From NCBI GenBank assembly GCA_965644315.1, contig CBFFRQ010000094.1:124001-188000 (forward strand): DNA of 64,000 bases. Reading direction: 5' to 3'. How positions within the stretch are numbered: the stretch's first letter is position 1; the number at the start of each line of letters is the position of its first letter. Shown here piece by piece: positions 10,201 to 20,067 of this stretch. The DNA comes from Caecitellus pseudoparvulus. Taxonomy: Eukaryota > Protista > Bigyra: Bicosoecida. Under the pieces are notes generated by a model that was given only the letters and a program-made list of their open reading frames with translations, was not told the DNA's origin and did not search any database. Made by a program: the position numbers and the translations under genes.

Positions 10201-12637
10201 GGCACTGGGCCAGCAACCTGTACCCCCGCCAGTACTGCTGGCACCACACGACCGTGCGGTGGAACCGTCGCATGACCAGCAGCAAACCCGCTCGCTGCGC
10301 TGCCAACTGCCGCAGAGTCACTGTCAAAATCGACGCAGCGGTTTCTTTGCGGAGCGTTGCGGAGAAACGCAGCATTTCCTGGTGCCGCTGGCGCCGGAAG
10401 CGGCGCCAGCACTTCTGGATGCTCATCACCACCGCGTTCAGCTGGCGCCACCTCGTGCGTTCTCGCTGCAGTGACTCGAACCGCTGGCGCCACACTGCCG
10501 CGCGTCCCAGACCAGTCACTAGCCCCCGCCACACGGCGACGCGGATGATGTGCCGGTGATGCTGCAACGTGTACGCCATGGCGACACACCGCGCGTTGGC
10601 CTCTGCTGCCTGCCGGCGTAACGCATCAGTTGCGGCACCCTCCCGCTCGTCAGCCATGCTGCTGAGCCGGTCACGCCATGCCCCCGCCCGGGATGTGGCC
10701 GCTTGACGCACTCGTGATGCGCGGGGGCTCATGGATGCGGCGGGGGTGGGCGCAGCTCCCGCGTAAAACGCACCACCACCACCGGCACCGTCGGAGGCGC
10801 GTCGCAGACTCAGAGCCCGGGCATCGCCGCCGTCGTCACTGTCATCGGCAGGCGACAGGGCTCCCCCCCGCTTGGTGTTCTTGGAACGCCCCTCCAGGAA
10901 CACCTGCAGTTGGGGCGGCTGCAGGGCGGGCGGCAGGGCTGACAGGGCTTCACGTGCCGAGGCTGTGCCCAGCAGATGCGGAGGGGTGGGCCCACCCCCC
11001 TCCCCACCCCCATCCCCCTCCTCATGGATGCTGCCTGCTGCCTGGGTGAGGAAAGTGCTGGAGGGGGGCGCTGCAGAGCTGGCGAGGAGGCGTGCATGGC
11101 GCGATCTGGGGTCGTGCCTGTGCACCGGCCCCCCCTCAGCGCCATGGGGCAATGTCGCCGCTGCTGTCTGCGCCGAGGCCCCCCCCCCGCCGGCCGAAGA
11201 GGGGGGTGCTGGCACCACGCTGCTGCTGCTGCTGCTGTGGCTGTTCCCCGGGGTGGCGTGATGGGGTGGGCCCATGGCTGCCGCCAAGTGCAAGTCCAAG
11301 TGCAACTTGATGGGCGCCAGAGCGGGGACGGCCCCGTCGAGGGGGGGGGTTGCGGAGTCCCCCCGTGGTCGCTGGTCGGCTGCGACCAGCTCGCCCTCGA
11401 CGGGGCCGTCGCGAAAATCCGCCCCCCGCTTGCCCTTGCTCGCCGCACGGGCGGCGGCCATGGCCTGTCCCACGGGGCTGTCGCCGCGACCACTGGCGGT
11501 CGCACGTGCGAGCCACTTGGAGTGCTGCGCGGCGTGTGTGTCGGACCCCGTCGCGGAGTTCGCAGTGAACGCCGTGTTCAGCCTTGAGATCAGGCTCTTC
11601 ACGTGCAGCGGCATGCCGCCTTCTTGCGCCATGCGGGACACCTTGCGCCGTAACGCATCAGCGGCGTCGGGGTCGTCCTGGAAACGCTCCACGCGTTTCA
11701 TGGCCCGGTACAGCGCCACCTCGTGCGTGCCACGGGGTGAAAACCCGTCTCGCTCGGCCCGGTCCAGCGTGTACAGCGCCTGGGCTGTGCGGAGGATGCG
11801 GAGGGGGGCAGCATCCCCCCCTGCCAGCTCAGCCAGGGACATGCCCCCTGGACCGCGGTCACGGGGTGGTAGGGCCCCTCCGCTGGCACTGACGGGGGGG
11901 GTCCCCTGCAACGCGTACAGCAGGTGAGCTGCCGAGTCGGCCGAGTCACCGTCCTCGTCGCAGGCGGCGAGGAGGGTGTCCAGGTCGAAGCGCGGACCAG
12001 CCGGCAGTTTGCCAGTTTCCTGCAGTTGCCGCCACTGCGCCCGCAACACATCCAGCCGCGCACTGGGGCCCTGCTTGGGCGCTTCACTGTGCAAATTCGC
12101 AGCACTGGGGCCCGTTGCCGCCGCCTGTCGGCCGGCGCCCGTCGCTTTCAGGCTGCTGCGCCAGCGTGCGGTAATTGGCGGCGGCACGTCCAATTTCCGC
12201 TGCAGCACCTCCGCCTGCGCCACCTTGCTGCCCTCTGCCGCGGCCAGGGCGTCGATGATGTTCCGCGTCGCCTCTGCCTGGCGCGAGGAGGCCTTGGGCT
12301 TGGACAGGCGCTCGAAGATGCTGTCGGCAGGTCGCCGCCGCCGACCCCCCCCCGGCGCCAGTCCGCGACCACCACGCGTCGCGCCGGCGTGCTTGGCAGC
12401 GTGCAGGCGGTCCACAGAGGACTCCACGTCCCACAGCGCAGGCTGGCCCAGTCCACCGCTGCCCTGCAGTCGAGCGCGTGCGGTCACTGCGCCTGGCTTG
12501 CCAGGGGGCAATGCTGACGTGCCTGTGCGCAGCTGCCGCGGCCGCCCGCGAGGCTTGGGCGCACGCGGCTGTGCCTCTCGCAACTGCACAGCGCGCAGCC
12601 CCGCATACAGCGCATCCAACTCGTCAACTTCAGTCAT
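7214..12637 (-). CDS. large low-complexity protein with IQ-like motifs
   Basis: Uninterrupted ORF of about 1800 aa, Ala/Gly/Pro/Arg-rich. IQ-like VMSIQKCWRRFRRQR and VWCQQYWRGYRLLAQCRR. First ATG at 12637 (MTEVDELD). Confidence 0.65.
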   Translation of the reverse strand: MTEVDELDALYAGLRAVQLREAQPRAPKPRGRPRQLRTGTSALPPGKPGAVTARARLQGSGGLGQPALWDVESSVDRLHAAKHAGATRGGRGLAPGGGRRRRPADSIFERLSKPKASSRQAEATRNIIDALAAAEGSKVAQAEVLQRKLDVPPPITARWRSSLKATGAGRQAAATGPSAANLHSEAPKQGPSARLDVLRAQWRQLQETGKLPAGPRFDLDTLLAACDEDGDSADSAAHLLYALQGTPPVSASGGALPPRDRGPGGMSLAELAGGDAAPLRILRTAQALYTLDRAERDGFSPRGTHEVALYRAMKRVERFQDDPDAADALRRKVSRMAQEGGMPLHVKSLISRLNTAFTANSATGSDTHAAQHSKWLARATASGRGDSPVGQAMAAARAASKGKRGADFRDGPVEGELVAADQRPRGDSATPPLDGAVPALAPIKLHLDLHLAAAMGPPHHATPGNSHSSSSSSVVPAPPSSAGGGGASAQTAAATLPHGAEGGPVHRHDPRSRHARLLASSAAPPSSTFLTQAAGSIHEEGDGGGEGGGPTPPHLLGTASAREALSALPPALQPPQLQVFLEGRSKNTKRGGALSPADDSDDGGDARALSLRRASDGAGGGGAFYAGAAPTPAASMSPRASRVRQAATSRAGAWRDRLSSMADEREGAATDALRRQAAEANARCVAMAYTLQHHRHIIRVAVWRGLVTGLGRAAVWRQRFESLQRERTRWRQLNAVVMSIQKCWRRFRRQRHQEMLRFSATLRKETAASILTVTLRQLAAQRAGLLLVMRRFHRTVVWCQQYWRGYRLLAQCRRELLASVWDELVAEIYAAAVLRAVAQWESNTGGKGGTLVRIVQAQADPAWRRKQLAVRRAAKALRRGGEAWAHSPRVAVQAGSTADLAAAGLALRQGQEGGDGGGAQSARGGGPTPHRASRVMRALAQGVAVSLPPPDEVVPDPLDPSRNTRRRSNKVLIQYYTQPDLDLAPTRGPTARAGYAVSRATSHPWAWSAEVEQLPPTAPYRMRSRHVSLLKRTSTGRGARNTPRLPSALTLLPSILRELVLPPVAAAVAGRGVQGGDEGGCLWDPLLFPTLRAALNPLMAQLLPPTAEPLPMTLFKGQGGNGGGRTPLHRTGSARGGWGTVDPPLTSPRIQSALRMSKASGAGGAGSHGWGGPTLLTRRPHRRPRSVSDRPAPSDWGFRPGGQAALEGRVRKLQLQLLGQRRGTVSALPPPGTGGVFVPSNRAVTRALKADIQATTETSSNRGEDRALSLGLVPTGGAGASSSPEAPGKTGPTAAARPSGLRGVSDRQLDRALRRELRSQELAEAAAAKAEPDADPEAAAAAAADAAVAASAGDFNVEAAAEAHSNGMFLPPSKATLPMELEVVLASIPLHMRPVPPGPALQAMACDRLVRRLRHAHWRAGLMEWRRAEDAAGGGGPTASGSRPGTRNKDGKPDLSAARELLSEEAAATRLKARRAQLAALVAHARRAPPVLLMLSTARRVLTHDLESHLVRSHQDVADVPAWAGVSQADLRAAVQGGWDAYADQLVRAHQDHRAMYAPPLPALPPPSKAALAPPPAPPGVAGAGGGGGVLRPPSRGSVSPRQGRHGGTTPRSGAARERDVTRETDGGGATPRSVGAGTPRAGAAQPWVGPHAASDPLAAALGSLQAAMGTDDGPVPGLMGPPTPGVTRPSAAPHPAPLTVDTAPDPVPTTGGGGAVSPSRGGAHPPHVAFAALLQPAQRAALAPPTGREALKALMRPLVVAATRSAMLHWRTALRRLRPVKAKVSDHRTFQFDWFEDELPDARRRR

Positions 12638-13037
12638 TGCAACGCCAAGCGACGGCCCTGCTGTTCCTCCTGTGCAGCGCAGAGCAAGCGGAGGTTCGCA
12701 GCCGGGAAACGCCCTGCCACCCAACGCCAGCCGCCCAGACTATCACAGCGAAGCCACGCAATGTACGTATGACACACCCAACGCACGCTACACACCGTTT
12801 ACACTCCTGCTCTGCTATTTCCGGCAAGAGCCGTGCCTAGCGTGAAAAGAGTGCTGCAGCTAGCAGCAGGTCGCACGCGACTCCTGCGCACACTCAAGCG
12901 CCCCTTCCAAACCTAGCACCCTCTGCGAAGACAGCGGGCACTGCCTTGTGCTGCATAGAGCGCCTTGGCCAACGCAATCCCGGCATGCAGCTCGCGAATG
13001 AATGAATTGTGCAGCACACCCACCCACCCCTGGCGAA

Positions 13038-15116
13038 CTACCCCTTGCCGGCTGACGCCAGCTGCAGCACGACGACGGTAATGTCGTCTGAGCCACCCGT
13101 GCGCTCCAGCCACCGCTGACGCGCCAGCTTCACGAGGGCTTCAGCTGCGCGACCCGGGTCGCCACAGGAGGTGCAGGTCGCAGCGACCTCGGCGTTGGAG
13201 ACAAAGTCCCAAATGCCGTCTGAGCCCAGGACGATGTGGGTGTCGCCTGCCGCTAGGCGGGTGGAGGACGTGTCCGGGGTGGACACCACCCCCGCCGCCT
13301 TGGCCACCATGTCTCCCAGACTGCGAGACATGGCCAGCCCAGGCGCAGGCACATCCCGCAACCAGACACGCGCTGGGCCGACGATGTGGGGTGCGAGGCG
13401 TGACCGGGTTGCCATGACGCGCCCCCCCGCTGCCGTAATACGCCGGCGCTCCGCAGGGTCGTCTGGCTTGTGGTCCACCGTGAGGGGAGTCACTGATGCG
13501 GGGCGGCGGGGGGCGGTCGGCGCCCGCACCTTGACCATGCGGGAGTCACCACAGGAGGCCACGTGTAACGCACCAGCCCGCAGGACGCCCGCCACTGCCG
13601 TGGACCCGCTCAGCGCCGTGTCTATGTGCCCCGCCTGAAGCAGCTGCACCTCCACAGCCAGCAACGCATCAGCGAGGACGGCTGGCAACGCAGCGTCGTC
13701 TGCCCACCGCGGGTCACTGACGCACTCGTGCGGCAGGCGGGTGGCGACAAAGTCCGAGACAAAGTGCCCGTTGGCGCCGTGGCCGTCGAACACCGCCACG
13801 ATGAGAGATCGCGAGTCGGCGTGTTCCAGCAGCAGCATGCGGTCCTGGTTGGGTTTCGGCGCGAGGGGGTTGTGCCCCTTCAAACTGGCGCCCGCGCCGC
13901 CCGCCACCCACGGCACGCTCGCTGCTGCAGTGGTGGTGGAGTTGAAGTCGCCACCCCCCACCACGCCAGCCGGCAGCAGTGTGCCGGCCGCCGCTGCCGT
14001 TGCCGTTGACGGCAGGCCAGCGCCAGTGCCACCCTTGGCAACCCCACCACTCCCGCCACTGCCGCTGCCGCCCACTGCCGCCTCGGCATCTTTCCGAGCC
14101 ACTGCGGCTGCTGAGGACTGCGCCAGTGCCGCAGCCATGCCGCTGGCGTTGGCAGCCAGCAACGCCTGCTCTGCCGTGCCGCCCATGAAACGCTGAAACG
14201 TCGCCGTGCTCGTGACGGGGCGTTGCTGCGGCGTGTGCGACGGCTGCACCGCCAACACCGCTTTACTGGCTGTAGCACGCAGGGCACCGCCGGTTCCGGG
14301 CCGGGTTCCTTGGTACGCATTCCCACCAGCCTGTACACTGCCGCCGGCCAAGTGACCGCTCGGCGCGGCAGACGCTGCGACGCGCCGCTTGCCGCCGCGG
14401 GAACCCGCCGCGCGCCCCCGAAACGCACCACGCGTGTGCACCGACACAGGTCCCTCCAGCGTCTGCATGGTGTTCTGTGCGCCGCTGCGCAGGTGTTGCG
14501 CAGAGGGACCAGTGTACAGGTGTCCGCTGGTGCGTGTCTGGCGCAAGGGGGCGTTTCTGCCGCCACCCACCACACCACCTCCCCCACCAGCAGCCCCCTG
14601 CAGCGACCGGGCCTGGCCCCCACCCCCCAGCCCCTGCCCGCCCCAGCCCCTACTGGGCACCCTGCCCCCAGGGGTGGCTGCCCCACCAGGGGTCTGCCCC
14701 TGTCCAGCCGTGCCAGGCTGCCCGCCATAGATCGTGCTGAGGGAGGGTCCACTGCTCGGCTGCCTGCCTGGCACCAGCCCGCCACGCTGCCCAGCCAGAC
14801 CGGGCGTCTTGGACCGGCGAGGAAACCCGCCCCGCGCCAAGGTGTGCCCCGCCCCCAGCGGTGTGTATGCGCCGCTGGCGCCCAGCGGCGTCATGGCTGC
14901 GCGGCCGGCGCCTGATGTGCCAGGTCTGCGGCGCCCAGAAACGCCCGCCGGCGCTGGCAGACGGGCATGGCCGGCACGCGCCACAGCACGCTGGCGCAGC
15001 AGCTGCTGCGCAATGTGCCCTGCTTGCCCAGTACTTTGTCGTCCTGAGCGGGGCACGCCGTGTGCCGCGCGCGCCCCTGCGACGGGCCCTGTGCGGGAGG
15101 TCTGCCAGTGGCTCAT
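13038..15116 (-). CDS. PP2C/PPM family Ser/Thr phosphatase with long disordered N-terminus
   Basis: PNQDR, VFDGHG, GSTA, CGDSR, DHKP, GLAMSRSLGD, LGSDGIWD and SDDITVVV motifs, all in order. Confidence 0.95.
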   Translation of the reverse strand: MSHWQTSRTGPVAGARAAHGVPRSGRQSTGQAGHIAQQLLRQRAVARAGHARLPAPAGVSGRRRPGTSGAGRAAMTPLGASGAYTPLGAGHTLARGGFPRRSKTPGLAGQRGGLVPGRQPSSGPSLSTIYGGQPGTAGQGQTPGGAATPGGRVPSRGWGGQGLGGGGQARSLQGAAGGGGGVVGGGRNAPLRQTRTSGHLYTGPSAQHLRSGAQNTMQTLEGPVSVHTRGAFRGRAAGSRGGKRRVAASAAPSGHLAGGSVQAGGNAYQGTRPGTGGALRATASKAVLAVQPSHTPQQRPVTSTATFQRFMGGTAEQALLAANASGMAAALAQSSAAAVARKDAEAAVGGSGSGGSGGVAKGGTGAGLPSTATAAAAGTLLPAGVVGGGDFNSTTTAAASVPWVAGGAGASLKGHNPLAPKPNQDRMLLLEHADSRSLIVAVFDGHGANGHFVSDFVATRLPHECVSDPRWADDAALPAVLADALLAVEVQLLQAGHIDTALSGSTAVAGVLRAGALHVASCGDSRMVKVRAPTAPRRPASVTPLTVDHKPDDPAERRRITAAGGRVMATRSRLAPHIVGPARVWLRDVPAPGLAMSRSLGDMVAKAAGVVSTPDTSSTRLAAGDTHIVLGSDGIWDFVSNAEVAATCTSCGDPGRAAEALVKLARQRWLERTGGSDDITVVVLQLASAGKG

Positions 15117-15129
15117 GCTCGGGTGACCT

Positions 15130-15139
15130 GCGGAAATTG
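15130..15139. promoter_or_regulatory. GCGGAAATTG motif 13 nt upstream of the PP2C ATG
   Basis: Exact copy of the recurrent 10-mer. Confidence 0.55.
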
Positions 15140-15486
15140 ACCCAGCGCCGCGCTGCCACGGAGACCGTCACACGCGGCACGCGCCGGTCGAGAGCGGGAA
15201 AAGGGCGTGCCTAGGCAACCATGCACACACGTTCTCATTCTCCACTCAGCATCACTCGTTGTTGCACCGCCTTGCTGGGGGCGTGCGTTCTGTGGCATGA
15301 GTTTTGCACCACACACCACGACTGCCGCCGTCCCACCAGCACCACACGAGACCCATGACGTGCCACATGCATTGTTCACGCACCATTGCATGTGGGGGGT
15401 GCGAGCCTGCCGCCGCTGGGCGTTTGTGACCACCGGGCGACGGGGGGCGCACTCGGGCCTGCCGCACGCAGCCCTGCCCTGTGAGC

Positions 15487-16882
15487 TTACGCGTCGCCGT
15501 GGCGCTCGTTGTTCTCGAAGAGCAGGAAGTCGAGGAGCACAGTGCAGGAGACGAGGGCGGCCTTCTGCATGGGGTTGGCGCCCTCGGGAAACTCCACCAC
15601 GAAGCTGTCGGCATCAGTGAAGGCCTCCTTCAGGCAGCCAGACCACACCTTGGCGATGGTGCCGATCTGGGTGGTGCACTCAGTGTCAGCGGCGTCGTAA
15701 ATGCGCAGCTGGATGTTCTTGCAGGGCCCAGAGGGGCAGGTGCACAGGGCGCCGGGCTGGCACTTGTAGCCTGCGGCGGAGAGGGGGGGTGTGGCAACTG
15801 TGCAACGCACGTGAAACGCAGCGACATGCGAGCGCACGCCACGCACCCTTGATGATGTACCAGTCGTCGGGCAGGTCCTTGGCCAACTTGGTGGCGCCCT
15901 CCTTGGTGGGCTGGCGGACGTAGAAGGTCCAGTTGATGCAGCAGTCCACGGGGCAGGGGAAGTACACCTCGCACAAGTCACCCAGAGCAGGGTGCATGAC
16001 GTTGATGCGTGGGCGGCAGAAGCAGGCGCACTCGCACTTGAAGGGGCGCTCCAGGCTGCGCAGGGGCCAGTCGTGGTGCGGCGGTGGCGGCGGAGGGTCA
16101 GTGGGTGCGGAATCGGCACGGCACCACGCACACAATCATCTCGTCGTGGGAGGCGGCGTTGGGCACGTAGGCGCCGTTGGGCACCATGTCCATGACAAAC
16201 CCGCGCATGCTGTGGAATGAGCGAATGACGAAGGTGCAGTGTGGGCTCTCGGCGCTCCTGCAGCGCCGCCGCCTTACCTGCCACAGCACTGGCGGTTGCA
16301 GAAGGCCTTGCAGCCGTCACCTCGCTCGCGCAGGCTGTACAGCTGGCTGTCGGGCTTGAAGCCCTTCTTCCAGTCGTCCACGCCGACGCTGGGGTCCCAC
16401 ATGAAGCAGTCGTACTTGTTGGCGGTCTGTGGGGCGGCGGGCGAGTGTGTGTGCGTACGCTTACCGGCGCCCGCAAAGTGCACTGCACCTTACCTCACAG
16501 CCGAAGAAGAGCTCCCCCCTGCGGCAAAGAGCAGGCGCACGCGTGCCGTGTACGCAGGCGCCGTGCGTCACACGTGCCACTCACAGCTCAATGCGCTGCT
16601 TGATGGCGACGCCCTTAATGTGCTGGTGCAGCAGGCTGCGTAGTCAGTGGCCGGTGTCGGGTGAGGCGGGATTGGCACGAGGCAGGGCGCGCCGTGCCGC
16701 TGCCGCACCTGAACGCGGCACCGGGGTCGGGCTTGCGGTCGTGAGTGGAGCCGGGCATGCCAGGCAGGTTGGCGTCCACGGGGGAAGTCCCCATTGCAGC
16801 TGCAGAGGGCGGAGTGTTGGTGCGTGTGGAGCAGGGTGCAAGTGCCGCGGCGACGCTTTGCACACGCACCTTCGGCAGCCAT
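15487..16882 (-). CDS. phospholipid scramblase family protein (about 8 exons)
   Basis: Spliced by eye using GT-AG introns: IKQRIELGELFFGCETANKY, Cys-rich LERPFKCECACFCRP, and C-terminal IGTIAKVWSGCLKEAFTDADSFVVEFPEGANPMQKAALVSCTVLLDFLLFE. Includes a 13-nt first coding exon (16870-16882) and a 25-nt exon (16494-16518). Confidence 0.9.
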
Positions 16883-17677
16883 GGTGAGCGGGAGGGGGCG
16901 GAACGGGCGACAGGTGCAACTCAGGCAGGCACGGGCGCGGGCGTGAGGGGGAGTCTGGAGGAGGTGGGATGTGTTTCGAGGTGGCGTTTGAGGCGCCACA
17001 GCCACCCAATTCTGCTCAGACATCACGTGCTTCGCCTCGAGCCCAGGCCTCTCCGGCCGGCCATCAGCCCACGCATGCTGCGCACAGGCATAGTGGTGCA
17101 TCGTGCAGGCCCTGAGCTTCCGAGATTGCGGCTCAAGGCCTCAGCCAGAGGCTGAAGTGGCACAGGTCGCCGAGACGCCTACCGCGGCGAAACGCTGCAT
17201 CGAGCCAGTGCCACGCTGAGACCGCTGCAGCCGAGCCAGGCCCACTGTACCGCTGCTAAGTTAGCTTCATGTCGTGTTTCGCTCCTTAGGGCAGCGCTTG
17301 GCTGCCCTAGGAGTCCCTCAAGCTGCGGAGGCGGCGGTGGAGGTGGCCGCTTGCAGCTGGCGAGAGCGGGAAATTGCAGGCAAAGTTCCGCGTCGGACTG
17401 ACCAGGAAGTGCGTGTCTGGCGCTGAATGTTGCAGGGCGCGGGGCACATGTCGTGCTCTCTGCATTCCGCTGCCAAGTGGCCTCTCGCCCCGTCACGGCC
17501 CTTGCTTGTGCAGGTCCTTGGGTGGGCACTTGACGGCTCCGTCACGCTCGCTCTGCGCGGGCAAGAGCGTGACCCCCCTCGGCAGCCACCGCGGAAGATA
17601 TCGCCAAGTAGGGCACAGAAGCGTTCGCAGACCCACTGACATACACAAGCTGCGGGGCAGGTGCGTCTTCACAGCGC

Positions 17678-19664
17678 TCAGGACGCTGCCTTGCTGGTGC
17701 CTTTGAATGCGTCGCGGTGTGCTGCGTTCGGCGCAACGCCAGCGCGCACGCGAGCCCACAGCCAGAGAATGGCCAGCACGCCCACGCCACAGACACCTGC
17801 ACAGATGAGGAAGGTGAGCCCATAGCAGTCCTTGCCCTTGCACGTGTCGCTGCCGGGGGGCGTGTGTGCGTCGTAAATGGCCGTGGACATCTCCGCGCTG
17901 AGCAGGAACCCCACCACGGCCGGCACTGCGCCGGTGAAGCCGTAGATGCCCGCGACGAAGCGGCGCCCGAAGAGGTCCGACACGAGGGAGGGCATGAGGG
18001 ACCAGAAGGAGCCAAAGGCCAGGCCTGCCATCATGCACCCGGCGATGAGGGCAGAGAAGGTGCCAGCGTACATGACGAGAAACGCCCCCGCCATGAGCAG
18101 GAGAGAAATGACCATGAAGCCTTCCCGCAGCAGGTAGTGCCGCGCGACGTCCGAGCCGTACGCGAAGCTGACTCGCCCCAGGCAGTTCATGACGGACAGC
18201 AGGCTGACCAGGATGCTGGCTGCGCCGTGGCGGGAAGTGAGCGCGGCGCTCATCTGCCCCAGATTGTTCACCACCAGGAAGCCGCAGCCAATGCCTGCCG
18301 ACAGGCCCACCAGCAGCAGCCACAAGTCCAGCGTGCACACAGCCTGGCTGAAGTGCATGTGCTGCACGTCGTCGTCCTCCCCCTCGCCCTGCCCCTCTGA
18401 AACGGTTCGATTGGCGCTGCCAGCAGCAGGCGCCATGGCCAGCCCTCCCCCTCCATCCAACAGCCCCCGCTTCAAATCGGGAGTGTGGGGATCATGCTCG
18501 GTGCCTGGTTTTGACACATGCTGGCGGCTGCAGCAGCAGGGTGCAGGGGTGCCGGCCTTGCGTGGACACCCCGTGAACAACGCAGCACACTGCAGGGCCA
18601 GGGTGTCCTGTGCCCCGGCGCGCAGGGCGGTGCAAGGCGGAAACGCCGTCACGAGCGGCATGCAGGCAATGCAGCCCCAGGCCACTGCCATGAGGGCGAT
18701 GCTGCCGCCCTGGTGGGCGTGCGCCGTCCCCGCATCTTCCCACGCGTGCTGCAGGAAGGAGCCCCCGCCCACGAGTGCCGAGACCGCCAGGACGATGCCA
18801 GCGGCGGCGGTGATGCGTTTCAGCGCGACGCCGTCGAACTGTGTGTCTTCTGCGGGGCCGGGGCCCCCCTGCGCCGGCGCGGTGGAGCCTCCTCGCAGGG
18901 CGGGCGTGTCTGGCGCTGCGGCGGTGCCGGCGCCTGACGGTGCGTTCAGCCACAGCCCGCCCAGAATGAACACTGTGCCGCCGGCGAGGCCGAGGAAGAG
19001 GAGGAAGTCGATGCCGCCGTGTGGCGCGTAGAATGCAGTGTACACCTGCGCGACGAGGCTGGCTGAGAGGCCCAGCAGGCTCTTCAGTGCGCCCGTGACG
19101 GCCCCCCTGTGGCGCGGAAAATGCCGCACGTTGGAGGAGATGGAGGCGACGTCAGCGAGGATGCCGCCGGCGATGGCGACGAGGGAGAGGGCAGAGAGGG
19201 TGGCGGCAGCTGTGATGCCGCCGGGCCGCGGCAGCCACTGCGTGATGGCGGCCCACTCCAGGATGTACCCCAGTGCGATCATGATCCCACCCACCACGGC
19301 GGTGTTGCGGGGTCCACACGCGTCGGCGAAGAGACCCCCCGCGAACCCCACCACCAGCCCCAGCTGCCCGGCGCTGACAATGTACTGCGAGCGTGAGGGG
19401 GGAGGGGCAAGGGGTGTGCGTGGGGAGGGCGCGTGCACACGTGCGCATGCGCTCACGCACTTGGAGCTCAGACTGGGTCAGCTGCAGCGTCATCTTGAGC
19501 TGCTGTGAGTACAGCCCGAACACGTAGCTCGTGCCGGCCATGCTCTCCATGATCATGGCCGAGCAAAAGTTCACCATGCGGCGGGCATGGTGCTGCCGGG
19601 GCGTCAGCTCGGCGTCTGCGCCAGGGTGCACTGCGGAAATCGAACCACGCTGCCCAGGCAACAT
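17678..19664 (-). CDS. MFS transporter, Nodulin-like/Mch1 family (2 exons)
   Basis: Exon 1 MAGTSYVFGLYSQQLKMTLQLTQSELQ; exon 2 has about 11 hydrophobic helices, FPRHRGAVTGALKSLLGLSAS, VVNNLGQM, NCLGRV and SLVSDLFG. Confidence 0.9.
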
Positions 19665-20017
19665 GCTGCTCGGGGCGCCACAGCGGCAGGGGACGTGCTT
19701 GAAAGGCCGCAGCGTGTCCACTGACACACAGTGCGTCACGTTGCACCTTGTTGCACGGTGAGGGGTTGTGTTTTTTGCAGGCGTGCTGCGCCAGTGCGGG
19801 CTCTAGGCACTGCTTGCTGGCCAGTGCAAGGGGAGCCGCTGCCACGCTGCCACCAACGTGCAGAGGCGCAGCCTGGACACTCTGCAACGCGCAGCCTGAA
19901 ACTGCGTAGTTTCACTCAGCATAGCAATCGAAGGCGCCATTTTCTCACAAGGCACCGCCGTCGGAGCCAGTGCAGGAGCCCTGCGGCGCAGCAACGTGCG
20001 GGGTGGTTGGGGTCAAG

Positions 20018-20027
20018 CAATTTCCGC
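20018..20027. promoter_or_regulatory. CAATTTCCGC motif 40 nt upstream of the kinesin ATG (MFS/kinesin divergent promoter)
   Basis: Exact reverse-complement copy of the recurrent 10-mer. Confidence 0.55.
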
Positions 20028-20067
20028 AGCCCGCTTGCACGAAGTCCCGGCACGCCCGACACCCACC

